From: a virus
Virus record (IMG/VR): IMGVR_UViG_3300014208_000007
Location: 1-62,041 of that record
Strand: one strand, 5' to 3'
DNA length: 62,041 nt
This document shows, piece after piece, positions 1 through 9,400 of the stretch. The notes below the pieces were generated by a model. The model saw only the letters and a program-made list of their open reading frames with translations, did not search any database and was not told the DNA's origin. The stretch's first letter is position 1. Each line of letters opens with the position of its first letter. Both the position numbers and the translations under genes were made by a program.

Positions 1-123
1 AGGTAGGCATACCCCCCGCCAACAGGACGCAGCACAGACCGATTATGGCGGTTTTCCTCATTGGACTTTCCCCCGATACCCCATTTTCAGGAATCGTTCC
101 TCGATTTCGCCGGGATTCTTGGG
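1..123. repeat. Terminal overlap copy 1 (identical to 61919-62041); circular or circularly permuted genome, unit 61,918 bp
   Basis: aggtaggcataccccccgccaacagg...cgggattcttggg reads identically at both window ends. The repeat lies inside coding sequence, so it looks like an assembly overlap rather than a physical end. Confidence 0.9.
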
Positions 124-395
124 GTCCACGGGGCCACCATCCTCCCCTTCGCCGCCTCGTACTTCTTCCGGTAGGTGTCCCGGTCAGCGGTCAACCCCTT
201 GATCCTCGCCTCGTAAGCGGTCTTCGACGCCGCCGTGTCCCGCTGGTACGCCGCCGCCCAACCCTTCGCCGCGTTCAGGTACCCTTGCGCGGTCTGTCGC
301 ATCGATACCCCATCGGCGACAGAGCCGAGGACAACGATCCCGAAGGCCACAATGATGACCGCAAAGAGTCGATTCGCTTTCGCCCATTCCCACAT
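87..395 (-). CDS. Rz-like i-spanin candidate (N-terminal TM helix plus helical Ala/Lys/Arg-rich part), 102 aa
   Basis: Internal ATG of ORF 87-524 with GGAGG 7 nt upstream. Start overlaps the holin stop (TGATG). TM segment LFAVIIVAFGIVVLG. Sits after endolysin and holin. Confidence 0.5.
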   Translation of the reverse strand: MWEWAKANRLFAVIIVAFGIVVLGSVADGVSMRQTAQGYLNAAKGWAAAYQRDTAASKTAYEARIKGLTADRDTYRKKYEAAKGRMVAPWTPRIPAKSRNDS

Positions 396-610
396 CACTT
401 CACCTCCGGCTTCTCTCCCCAAATCCGCTGTGCTGTCGGAAGGCCGAGTATACTTACGAGGAAGATCAGCACGGATTCCGGGATGGACGGGATCTCCTTC
501 TTCACGATGGCGACCACAGACCACACGACGAGGAACACCATCAGGGTTATGAACGCCCGCAGCCGCACCGAACTCTTGTTCCCGTTGTCATCTTCGAAGA
601 AACCGGCCAT
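395..610 (-). CDS. Holin-like small membrane protein, 71 aa
   Basis: Two hydrophobic segments (FITLMVFLVVWSVVAIV and VLIFLVSILGL) and a charged C-terminus. Directly downstream of the endolysin. Confidence 0.55.
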   Translation of the reverse strand: MAGFFEDDNGNKSSVRLRAFITLMVFLVVWSVVAIVKKEIPSIPESVLIFLVSILGLPTAQRIWGEKPEVK

Positions 611-1003
611 TTAAGCCTCCTTCGGCATCTCAAAATGCGGGAAGTCCGGCGATTTCCACCGTCCTCCCCATACCAACCCGCACGATTCCCCTATCTGCCC
701 CGCCTCGAAGTAGTCCGGCACCCCGTCGAGATCCACGTCCACCTTGCCGTCCCATTGGGGTACGCCGTCCTTGCAGATACAGATGTCGAACGCTTCCCCG
801 TCGATATGGCGGCTCTTGCGCGTCCATGTGACCTTGCGCCCCGGTTTCGTGCGCCCCCTCGCGTACAGCTCGTCCTGCTCCGCCTGAGTGCGCCGGGTAC
901 AGGTGATGATGAACGGGACGCCTTCGGACGCCATCTTCGCGGCGAACATGGCGGCTTTCATCCGCATCGCGGGGATCAGATCGTCTATTTTACGGGACGG
1001 CAT
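611..1003 (-). CDS. Endolysin, zinc peptidase M15 family (VanY / L-Ala-D-Glu peptidase-like), 130 aa
   Basis: Metal-ligand motifs SRHIDGEAFD and DFPHFE are typical of M15 cell-wall peptidases. Followed by holin and spanin-like genes. Confidence 0.8.
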   Translation of the reverse strand: MPSRKIDDLIPAMRMKAAMFAAKMASEGVPFIITCTRRTQAEQDELYARGRTKPGRKVTWTRKSRHIDGEAFDICICKDGVPQWDGKVDVDLDGVPDYFEAGQIGESCGLVWGGRWKSPDFPHFEMPKEA

Positions 1004-1294
1004 TTATCTCACATCCTCCCACAGATGCGGCGTGGGCTTCGGCTTGACTTGCCGCTTGCCGCAATTCAGGCACGCCCTTGACCGATTCGGCGAGCCACAA
1101 TCAGGATCGCCCGGACAGTATATGGTGTAGGAGGCGTTCGGGGTCGTGTCCTCCCACGCATGAACATACCCGATGGATTCGCAGTCGGGGCGGGACTGCA
1201 TGGACGGGGCAGGTGGTCCACCTTCGATGCGATAATGCACTTCCCCGAACGCGCTCCCCGCGACCAACAGAATCAAGATTGCCCAGTACCTCAT
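1004..1294 (-). CDS. Small secreted Cys-rich protein, 96 aa
   Basis: ATG at 1294 overlaps the upstream stop (ATGA) and follows GGAGGGTGGAG. Sec signal MRYWAILILLVAGSAFG|E. Several Cys in the mature part. Confidence 0.7.
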   Translation of the reverse strand: MRYWAILILLVAGSAFGEVHYRIEGGPPAPSMQSRPDCESIGYVHAWEDTTPNASYTIYCPGDPDCGSPNRSRACLNCGKRQVKPKPTPHLWEDVR

Positions 1295-3000
1295 CTCCAC
1301 CCTCCGCTCATCGAACTCCCCCGGAACCGGGGCGTCTGCGGGTTATTCACCGCCGCCAGCGTCGTCACGCGCCACACATCCGTCACCCCGCCGATATTGA
1401 GTGTGCACGACACCGCCGTGTTGTGGGACGCGGAGGACGTTACGCGCAGGGCCACGTTGTCGTTCAGCGTCACGTTGTCGTCAGCCGTGGCGAACGCCGC
1501 ACCGTTGACGGAATACTCGCAACCGGTACCGGTCAGCGTGAGCGTGGTCGTGTTGTCGATGGCCATCACGGTCACGTTGTCGGAGGTGACGACGGTGGAT
1601 AACCCCTGCCCGGCGGCATCGGCGAAGGAGAAGGCGGCGGGGGTGGAGTCGGAGGCAGTCCCGAGTTCGGCAACATAAGCAAGATCGTCCGCGCCTTGAA
1701 CTCTCCAATTCGATCCCCATACGATTTTCGTGAAATCAAAGTTCATCGACGCATGGGGTTCGGAATAGTAATCTCCGTCTTTGAAGTTGCTCTGCGTATG
1801 GGCGATCCGTCTCACTGTGCAATTATCTACGTTCATGGCAAAGTTCTCGGCGGCAAAGATACCCGTTCCGATCCCGCTGCCGTCGCCATATATGCTGATC
1901 AAAACCCAACTCCTTTGCTTGCTTCCGTCTGTCCTTCCTGATACGTGATAATTGTACTGCGCGTCCGGCACATAGCATGATCGAATCACCGTGTTATCAG
2001 AGAGTCTCGTCACACGATACGCTTTGTATCCATTCTCCTGATCAAGGTGCGCCACACCGACCATCACGTCCGTACCGTCCGCAAGTTGTGCCATGTCCAT
2101 GTGCCAGTCTTTTTCGCTGATTTTCCCGATGTAGTTCAGAGATCGGTCGAATACCTCCGTTCCGTACCCTCGTTCCGTCATAACACCATCGGATGAATCC
2201 AGATCCCAGTTGATAACGACGTGTCCTCCAGTGTGAGACATCCCAATCCAATTAACCGATGTTGGGCATGCTCCCGCGCCGCACACACCACCGGCCCCAA
2301 GTGTCTTCCCTGAGATTACATTGTCGTCCGTTCGGTCGTAAACAAGGACACCCCCCTGCACATATCCGCTGGTCTGCCCTATGAAAGCCCAGTACCTATC
2401 GGTATCGTCTGGATTCCCCTCGTCACCATTCCTAACGGCGGTAAGGGTAGAACCCGTTACCCCGAAGTTGGACGTGGTGAATGTTTTGATGGTGGTGGAG
2501 GATTGTGTGCCGATGTTGTACGACAGGAGCCTCATACCAGAGCGATAGTAAAATACCTGATTGTCCGAATGACTCCACCTTGGTTCGCTGTCCAACCCGT
2601 CCTCTGACAGGCCAGTATCGATTGCGCCGATATAAGCGTAAGTGTTTCCGTTTAGCAGGTGCCACCATCCGTTGTTGGAATAGAGCAACAGTCGCGTTCC
2701 ATCGGAATTCCATGCTGGAACCTTCGCGTAGTCCGGGATAAGTTGCGTGGACGATTTTTCTACCCCAACAGACACGGCGATCCTGAAATACTGTGCCCCA
2801 AACGCCCCGTCGTACTTAGTGGCGCTCGTCCCATCGTACAGGTCCGGGATCGCCACGTTGTCGGGTGGTATGTCCGTACAGGTTCCACCGGACAGGTCAG
2901 AACTCGTGGACAACTGACAGGATGTAAGGTTATCAAATTGCCCCGCCGTAACAGTTACCGGCAATAGGAGTGCAAGAAGCAGGAGAAGTATAGGCATCAT
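1291..3000 (-). CDS. Secreted beta-propeller-like protein with C-terminal Ig-like region, 569 aa
   Basis: Sec signal MMPILLLLLALLLPVTVTA|GQ. TolB/DPP-IV-like blade motif AWNSDGTRLLLYS. ATGA overlap with the upstream gene. Visibly lower GC than the flanks. Confidence 0.7.
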   Translation of the reverse strand: MMPILLLLLALLLPVTVTAGQFDNLTSCQLSTSSDLSGGTCTDIPPDNVAIPDLYDGTSATKYDGAFGAQYFRIAVSVGVEKSSTQLIPDYAKVPAWNSDGTRLLLYSNNGWWHLLNGNTYAYIGAIDTGLSEDGLDSEPRWSHSDNQVFYYRSGMRLLSYNIGTQSSTTIKTFTTSNFGVTGSTLTAVRNGDEGNPDDTDRYWAFIGQTSGYVQGGVLVYDRTDDNVISGKTLGAGGVCGAGACPTSVNWIGMSHTGGHVVINWDLDSSDGVMTERGYGTEVFDRSLNYIGKISEKDWHMDMAQLADGTDVMVGVAHLDQENGYKAYRVTRLSDNTVIRSCYVPDAQYNYHVSGRTDGSKQRSWVLISIYGDGSGIGTGIFAAENFAMNVDNCTVRRIAHTQSNFKDGDYYSEPHASMNFDFTKIVWGSNWRVQGADDLAYVAELGTASDSTPAAFSFADAAGQGLSTVVTSDNVTVMAIDNTTTLTLTGTGCEYSVNGAAFATADDNVTLNDNVALRVTSSASHNTAVSCTLNIGGVTDVWRVTTLAAVNNPQTPRFRGSSMSGGWR

Positions 3001-3758
3001 TGCGCCTTGAATGTTGCAATGACGCTTGAGTAATTATGGTCCGCGCCAGTTCCTACGAAAGTACCAGATGCGGTTTGCGCACCAGTTGAAGACAAAATTT
3101 TATATTGACCAAACCCCCTGTCCGGGAATGTAGCGGTATTCCAGAATCCAATCCACCCCGCCGTCCCTGTCCACGTGACATTAGTCTGAAGATGTGTTTG
3201 ATGTGTGTACGAAACTACAATTTCATTGGCTTGAGACGTTGCCGAGGTGGTTCCGGTTGACCAGTTATCACCCGCGTTATATGCCTGGAAATTATGCACG
3301 GCATTGTCTAACGCGCCGGAAGTAGCCGCGCCCGATATAGTCAGAACGATTAGTTTAGTCTCGTTGTAGTTACTCGCCACAGACACACTAGTTATTCCCG
3401 CCGCACAGTTTTCTACATAATAAATTCCTGCCCAATTCCTACTATCGGTAGTGTTATACCCCCCCGCCGCTAAAACGTAAGTGCTTGATCCCCCGCCTTT
3501 ATCGTCTGTAACCGCGAGGGGTCCCGTAGTTTCATTGCCAGTCATAACCACTATCATGGACCCGGATGTGGTGCTTGGTATCGTTACGGAAAGCGTAGCC
3601 CCGTTGCTACCGGCCATCGCGACGTTGTCAACGGTGATTGGATTATCTCCTCCCTCCGCCGCCCCCGCCTTCTTCTTGAAGTACATGAAGTCTTGTTCGG
3701 CCTGCGCGAACGAGGACGCGACCGCTACGAGCAGGAACGCCAGGAGTAGTTTACGCAT
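2997..3758 (-). CDS. Secreted beta-sandwich/lectin-like protein, 253 aa (possible receptor-binding module)
   Basis: Internal ATG of ORF 2997-3854 preceded by GGGAG. Sec signal MRKLLLAFLLVAVASSFA|QA. Mature part is Thr/Ser/Gly/Asn-rich. Confidence 0.7.
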   Translation of the reverse strand: MRKLLLAFLLVAVASSFAQAEQDFMYFKKKAGAAEGGDNPITVDNVAMAGSNGATLSVTIPSTTSGSMIVVMTGNETTGPLAVTDDKGGGSSTYVLAAGGYNTTDSRNWAGIYYVENCAAGITSVSVASNYNETKLIVLTISGAATSGALDNAVHNFQAYNAGDNWSTGTTSATSQANEIVVSYTHQTHLQTNVTWTGTAGWIGFWNTATFPDRGFGQYKILSSTGAQTASGTFVGTGADHNYSSVIATFKAQ

Positions 3759-3762
3759 CGGT

Positions 3763-5028
3763 TTACTCCCGGTACCGGATCGTGCAGGAGAGTTTGTTGC
3801 TGTTCGTCGTACCGACCGAAGTCGTACTCCACCGCAACCATGCGCCCGCCGCAACCGCGCCGTCCGTCATCGAGGAATCGGCGAATCCCGTCACCGCGTT
3901 CGTCACAGTCCACGAATCCAGCACGGTGCAGGAGGTCACGTCGTCTGCCGCGCATTCCATCAGCGACCCGACCACGTTATCCGTCGAGGCGTAGCAATCG
4001 GCCTGAGTTATCGTCCGAGCGATCGGCACCTTCATCAGCAGGATGTTATCCGTCGCCGTGACCACGTTGTCGATGACGAAGGAGAAGGTCTTGACCGCCC
4101 GCACCAGTATCACGTTGTCGGCAATCGTGTTGTCGTAAATGGTGATTGCACCGGTCGTCAGGTTGTACGCCATGTCGCCAGCCGTCGTGAGATTCGACGA
4201 CGCGCCGCTATTCGCCCCGTTGATCTTGTGCGTACCGTCTGCCGCCGATGATACGAACTCGTCTCCCGTCACCGTCGTGAACGTCCCCGCCGCAGCGGTC
4301 GTGCCGCCGATGACGGTGTTATCTATCGTGCCGCCGAGGGTCCCCGCGATGACCACCTTCGAGATGGTCGCGGTTCCCGTGAACGTGGGGGAGGCCAGCG
4401 TAGCCAACGCCGACAGCGCAACCCCGCCGTCCTTGATCGTCGTGTTATCCGCGCCCCATGTGACGACGTAATCCTCCGTTGCGGTAGCGGGGCCGGTAAC
4501 GGTGCCGGTGCCCACCCCCGTCACCCCGGTGATCGACCCGCCGGTGATCTGCACGTTGTCGGCGATGAAGGGGACGCCGGAGGCGACGGCCACGTTGTCG
4601 CCAGCAAGAACTATATTTCTTCCCGCCGCCGCGAACATATACACACTGCCGGTAGTGAAGTCCAGGTAGCCCGTAGCCGTGCCCGTATTATCCGACCCGC
4701 CAAGGTATACCTCGCCGGTCGAATAAAACCTCAACTTCCCCAATGCAACATTGTCGGCGGAATAATGCGTTAAAATAATCCTGTTGCCGGATGGTTGCTC
4801 GAATACGGAGTAACTGTTATCGTCCGCGACGAACTTCACATGCCGCAAGTTCACCGCGTTGTCCGCAATGTCCCCGCCCGCGATCGTCTCGTCGAGGATG
4901 TGCGCCGAGGTGACGGAGCCGGTGGCCAGGGTGGTGCCGGAGGGGCCTCCTATCGGCGAACCGGGGAAGTCGGCGCAAGCCCACGCCGCCAATAGGATCA
5001 GGAACAGGGTGAGGAAAGTCTTTCGCAT
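3763..5028 (-). CDS. Tail-fibre-like repeat protein with N-terminal signal/lipoprotein-like peptide, 421 aa
   Basis: N-terminus MRKTFLTLFLILLAAWAC. Gly/Thr/Ala fibre-like repeats (PTFTGTATI..., GTFTTVTG) and a C-terminal globular part. Confidence 0.65.
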   Translation of the reverse strand: MRKTFLTLFLILLAAWACADFPGSPIGGPSGTTLATGSVTSAHILDETIAGGDIADNAVNLRHVKFVADDNSYSVFEQPSGNRIILTHYSADNVALGKLRFYSTGEVYLGGSDNTGTATGYLDFTTGSVYMFAAAGRNIVLAGDNVAVASGVPFIADNVQITGGSITGVTGVGTGTVTGPATATEDYVVTWGADNTTIKDGGVALSALATLASPTFTGTATISKVVIAGTLGGTIDNTVIGGTTAAAGTFTTVTGDEFVSSAADGTHKINGANSGASSNLTTAGDMAYNLTTGAITIYDNTIADNVILVRAVKTFSFVIDNVVTATDNILLMKVPIARTITQADCYASTDNVVGSLMECAADDVTSCTVLDSWTVTNAVTGFADSSMTDGAVAAGAWLRWSTTSVGTTNSNKLSCTIRYRE

Positions 5029-5040
5029 GGGGGTCTCCTA

Positions 5041-5406
5041 TTAGAACTTTACTTTGAGTCCGATACTGTAGTTGTGGGCGACACAGGCGGCATCAACCGC
5101 TATAGTCAGGGCTTGCCAAATGCGCCGGTACGGGTGAGGCAACCGGTAGGCGATATAGGTGTTCAGCGGGACATACAACGCCGTGAACGCGATCAGTTTG
5201 TCCCGGCTTGGATGCCTGCCAAGTAGCGGGTTCATTTCATGCCCGTTCGTGGTCTCCGCCCCGTTGATAGTCTGGCCCAAGTCAACAATCGCCAACCCCG
5301 CATACGTGACCGCAAGGGCCGTGTCTGTATTCGTCCACGGATCTTGTGCGAAAGCCGGAGTGCCGAGTACGGATATCAGGAGAACTGCTGCGATTGTGTG
5401 CTTCAT
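5041..5406 (-). CDS. Secreted/membrane protein, 121 aa
   Basis: Internal ATG (MKHTIAAVLLISVLGTPAFA|QD) overlaps the upstream stop (ATGA). Additional hydrophobic segments downstream. Confidence 0.65.
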   Translation of the reverse strand: MKHTIAAVLLISVLGTPAFAQDPWTNTDTALAVTYAGLAIVDLGQTINGAETTNGHEMNPLLGRHPSRDKLIAFTALYVPLNTYIAYRLPHPYRRIWQALTIAVDAACVAHNYSIGLKVKF

Positions 5407-6338
5407 GGCGATGTCCACGTGCCGTACCGATTGAACGATGACCACCCCGCCGCAGAATCGTAAATGAGGGTGATGTGTGACCCGGTTGTGCCCCCTACAT
5501 GGATGGAGGTGTTGTCGGCCAACGCAGTCCCATCAAGGCGAATCCGATCCGCCGAGTCGGGGTACACAACCAAATTTGAACCGTTGTTGAAGTGGTGGAA
5601 TGTGATGCTCATCCCGGCAAGAACGGCGGGAAGCGTGAGTACGATATTGTCGCCAGTCGATGTGTATACGACGCCGCCATAGCAATATGTAGTCGGAATT
5701 GTCGTATTGTCGGTATACGTAACGGTAGCGATAGACGCGCTTCCACCTGCGGTCCACGCCCCATCCCCGCGCAAAAAAGTAGTATTATCTTTTGTTCCCG
5801 TCCCGCCAAGTTTCCCTACGTCAATCGTGTTGTCCAGCATCTTCGCCGACGTGACCGTGTTGTCTATCAGGTCCGCACCGTTGAGAGTGTTGTCGGTGAA
5901 GACCGGCGTCCCCGTCACGGTAAGCGTGGCAGTCGTCACCCGCCCCGTCGCCGTCACATTGTCGAACCCGCTGATGTTGCCGGTACCGTCGCCGGTGATA
6001 TTGCCGGTCAGGGTAAGGTTGTCGAAACCGGAGATGGAACCGGTGCCGTCGCCGGTCAACCCCCCGACGATGGTGGTCGGAAAGCGGTATGGTTGATACT
6101 TGAGGGTGGTCCAATGCGTCAGGCCGTCGCCGATCTTCCAGTTTCCCGTGTCCGTTTCGTAGCCCGGTTCGCCGGCCGCAAGCACATTGTCCGCAGCGGT
6201 CCACGCGGCAGCCGTCCCCCGGCGGAACTGGATCGTGGAATAGAGCGAGGCGGCAGAAGCGAAGTGCGGTGGAATGGCGAGAGAGGAAATCAGGACCGCG
6301 ATGGTGATCGCGTAGAAGGCGGCGAGGAATTTCTTCAT
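5403..6338 (-). CDS. Tail-fibre protein with HylP/Mtd-type N-terminal domain, preceded by a Sec signal peptide, 311 aa
   Basis: STIQFRRGTAAAWTAADNVLAAGEPGYETDTGNWKIGDG matches the N-terminal motif of phage hyaluronidase/Mtd-type fibres (recollection). Here it follows MKKFLAAFYAITIAVLISSLAIPPHFASA. Tandem GDGTG.ISGFDN repeats. Confidence 0.65.
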   Translation of the reverse strand: MKKFLAAFYAITIAVLISSLAIPPHFASAASLYSTIQFRRGTAAAWTAADNVLAAGEPGYETDTGNWKIGDGLTHWTTLKYQPYRFPTTIVGGLTGDGTGSISGFDNLTLTGNITGDGTGNISGFDNVTATGRVTTATLTVTGTPVFTDNTLNGADLIDNTVTSAKMLDNTIDVGKLGGTGTKDNTTFLRGDGAWTAGGSASIATVTYTDNTTIPTTYCYGGVVYTSTGDNIVLTLPAVLAGMSITFHHFNNGSNLVVYPDSADRIRLDGTALADNTSIHVGGTTGSHITLIYDSAAGWSSFNRYGTWTSP

Positions 6339-6401
6339 GGACAGACCTCCCGTTATTCGGTCGGCCTGTCCTGGGCCTTCGTTGTGCTATACTGTTAAGT
6401 T

Positions 6402-6430
6402 TTTGTACTACATGGCTCGGTGTATGTCAA
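6402..6430 (-). promoter_or_regulatory. Possible internal sigma70-like promoter for the fibre/lysis genes (TTGACA-N17-TACAAA)
   Basis: AT-rich 94-nt gap after the giant gene. -35 is the rc of 6425-6430 and -10 the rc of 6402-6407. The -10 lacks the conserved final T. Confidence 0.3.
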
Positions 6431-6432
6431 TT

Positions 6433-9400
6433 CTATCTTCGCTCTCGAAGTATGCGGTTCCGCATGATTCTCGCCTCCCGGACGATATCCCTTTCCCCGG
6501 CGGAAAGGACGTTCTCGTGGAAGTGAATCGCCTTGGCGAGCTTGTCCTTTTCTTCGGCGTCCAACGTGTTCACGAAATCCCTGCCGTCCTTCTTGTTCAT
6601 GCCTCCCAACGGGTGCATTCTATCCAGGGAGGACCGTATCCCTTCCGGCGTCCCGTTGAGCGACAGGTATTCCTCCATGAACTTCTCTTTCGCGTCCGCG
6701 TCCTTGTACCGGATCGCAAGCCTCAAGTTGTAGAGTGCGTTGTTCTTCGGTGAGATGAAAGCTCCCTCCGAGGCTTTGCCGATCTTCTCGAGGTAGCGCG
6801 ACCTGGCCTGAAGGATATCGGAATAGGCGTTCTGCCCCGGGTCCGCCCGATAGACGAAGAACTGCGCGAGGGATTTCTGGTATCCCTCCGAGGGCAGTCC
6901 GGCGATCTCCTTGTATTCGTTCTCCAGCCCCACCGACTGAGCGAGGTAATACCCTCTGTCCCGGATCGTACGAGGCTTGAAGACATCAGGGAAGAGGACC
7001 TTGCCTGATGCGAGTTCCGCCGGGGTCTTGGCGATCGGCGTTATCCCCTGCGCGATGACGTTGACCGGGGATTTCGCCATCTCCAAGGCGATCTCGCGGA
7101 GCGTCCGCTTGCCGGAAGCCCACCGGGAGACGTGCAAGGGGAAGGCGTCCAACCCGAACCATTGCAGGAAGTCACCAAGCGCACCGATCCTTGTGAAGTT
7201 GATGATCTTCCCATCGGGGTCCCGCCCGAATATAATGTGCGGTCGGTTCCGGTTCTGTTCGTCCAGTTCGTCCTCTTCCTCGGGGAACATCAGGTTGTTC
7301 CACGCCTGAAGCATGGCCCAGAAGGCGGTTGCGGATATCAGGAACTTCCCGACGCGCCAAGCCGTGTACGGGGTCTTGGCGAACGCCCCGAGGGCTTTGC
7401 GACCAACCGCCTCGGCCACCTTCTTGTCGGAGGCCGCGTTCTTTGCGAACTGGATGTACCGTCGGAAGTTGACTTCCTTCCACGACCAGAATGGGATGAG
7501 ATGGTCCCGCATCGCATTTCCCATGACGCTGACCTGATCGTAGGCGCCGAGCAGTTGATTCGAGAGTGTGAATGCTTTGTCGTGCGGATCCTTGATCGCC
7601 GTGATCTCTTCGGGGATGGATGCGCCGAAGTTCTTCGGCGTACCCTTCGGGTCGGCCTTGATCTGCTCGATGTAGTCGAGGAACGCTGCGTACCGGAGCA
7701 CGGATTCCCGGAAGTCGGTAGCCAGTCGGACGGTTTTCCAATACTTCTTGAAGGCGGCCACCGGAAGGTCTCGCAGCGGTTCTCCGGCCTCACGGACGTG
7801 GGAGAAGATCCGCATCTTGTTCAATTCGGAGAGTTCCTGCGCCTGCAGGGTAGTCTCAAACCCGCCCCGCTTGAACCACTCCCGCATCTCCGGCGTCATC
7901 CCGCGGTCGGACGTGAAGACCTGATACAGTTCCCGTGCCGCCTGCGGGACCTTCTTGAACGTGGAGGGATTCCCGACGAACGCCGCGTCCGCATCGCCGG
8001 TAAGGTTTCGGAAGTTGTACTTGAAGAACCGCCGCGGGGAGACCAGTTGCCATACCTTCCAACCGGTCAGGATCTTCTTGTCGTACCCGAGCAGAACGCC
8101 CTGCGGCTTCGCCTTCAGGAGACTATTGAGCGTGTCTGCAACTTCCTGCTTGACGATGAACCGCTTCCGCTTACCACCAAGTGCCATGACCTGCCGAATT
8201 AGATCAGGATCGACCTCGGCCATGTCGAGGGCGCCTTCGCGCAACTGGTCCGCCAATTTCGCAGGGATCGACTCGGCCATGTAAAAGGTGTTACCTTCCC
8301 GGGGTTGCCACTCGATATACCCCTCCGGGATCCCCACGTCCTTGGTCATCGAGGCGACGTTGTAGACGTCGTCCACCGCCTTGATGGTCTTCGCCACCTC
8401 GATGTCGTAGAGCATCTGGGCGATGACTTCATACTCGGCTTCGAGATAGTTCGTGTTGATGTCGTACTCTGATCCCTTGCGTTTCTTGAGGAATCCTCGG
8501 CCAGTAGGAGTCCGCAACCGCTTGCCCGTGCCGGCCACGCCTTTGAGGTTCGCGTATTCGATGACCTGATGCCGGAAGTAATTCTCTTTCGTGAATCGGT
8601 CGGCCACCTTGAATCCTATAGCGCCCATCGCCGAGATGTAGGACTGCTTGACCGATTCCGAGAACTCCTGGCGCAGGAAGAGTCCCTGCTCCACCACGGG
8701 GTCCCTTCCCACAAGCCGGTCTATCTTTGCCAGTTCCGCCGCAACGGACTCCTTGGTGAATCCGAACGGCAGTAGGTGATCCGCCTTGGCTTCCTCCGCC
8801 AGATCGTCCAGCAGGACCTTTCGCTCGAAGAGGCCCATGCGTACCTTGTCGAATTTCACGGTGATCGCCTGCATCGCCCTGACGGTTCGGTCGGCCGCTA
8901 CCCCCTTCTGCTTCGAAAGTCGCAGCAGAGCGGTGCGAAGCGGGGCGAATTCGGCGTTCCTTGGAAGATGCTCGTACTCCCGGGTCGCCTTGTTGACCAA
9001 CGCACGGACGACCTCTCGCGCGCGGCCAAGCAGCGGTTCCGGCTTCAGCCCGTGCGCCGCCTTGTACCGGGCCTCGGACTCCTCCGTACCAAAGGCGTAG
9101 TCCTTCTCGGAGTATTCCGGTTTCCCGATCACCACGTCGACAGGGCGGATAGAAAGTCCCGCGGAAGGTTCCGACTCCGGTATAACCTTGTTGACCACAT
9201 CGGCGAGTGCCTGCTCTGGATCAGAAGATGAGGCAGTCGGCTTCTTCCCGTACCGGGGGGAGTAACCTTGATCCTGCTTCTCGACCGCAGCGGTAAGATT
9301 CTCGTCCAGCCACTTCTTCAGGGATTTCCCAGGCAACGTGTCGATGGCATTCTTCGCGCCCTCGATAGCGGCTTCCCTCGTGTCGTGGATGCCTCCAAAT

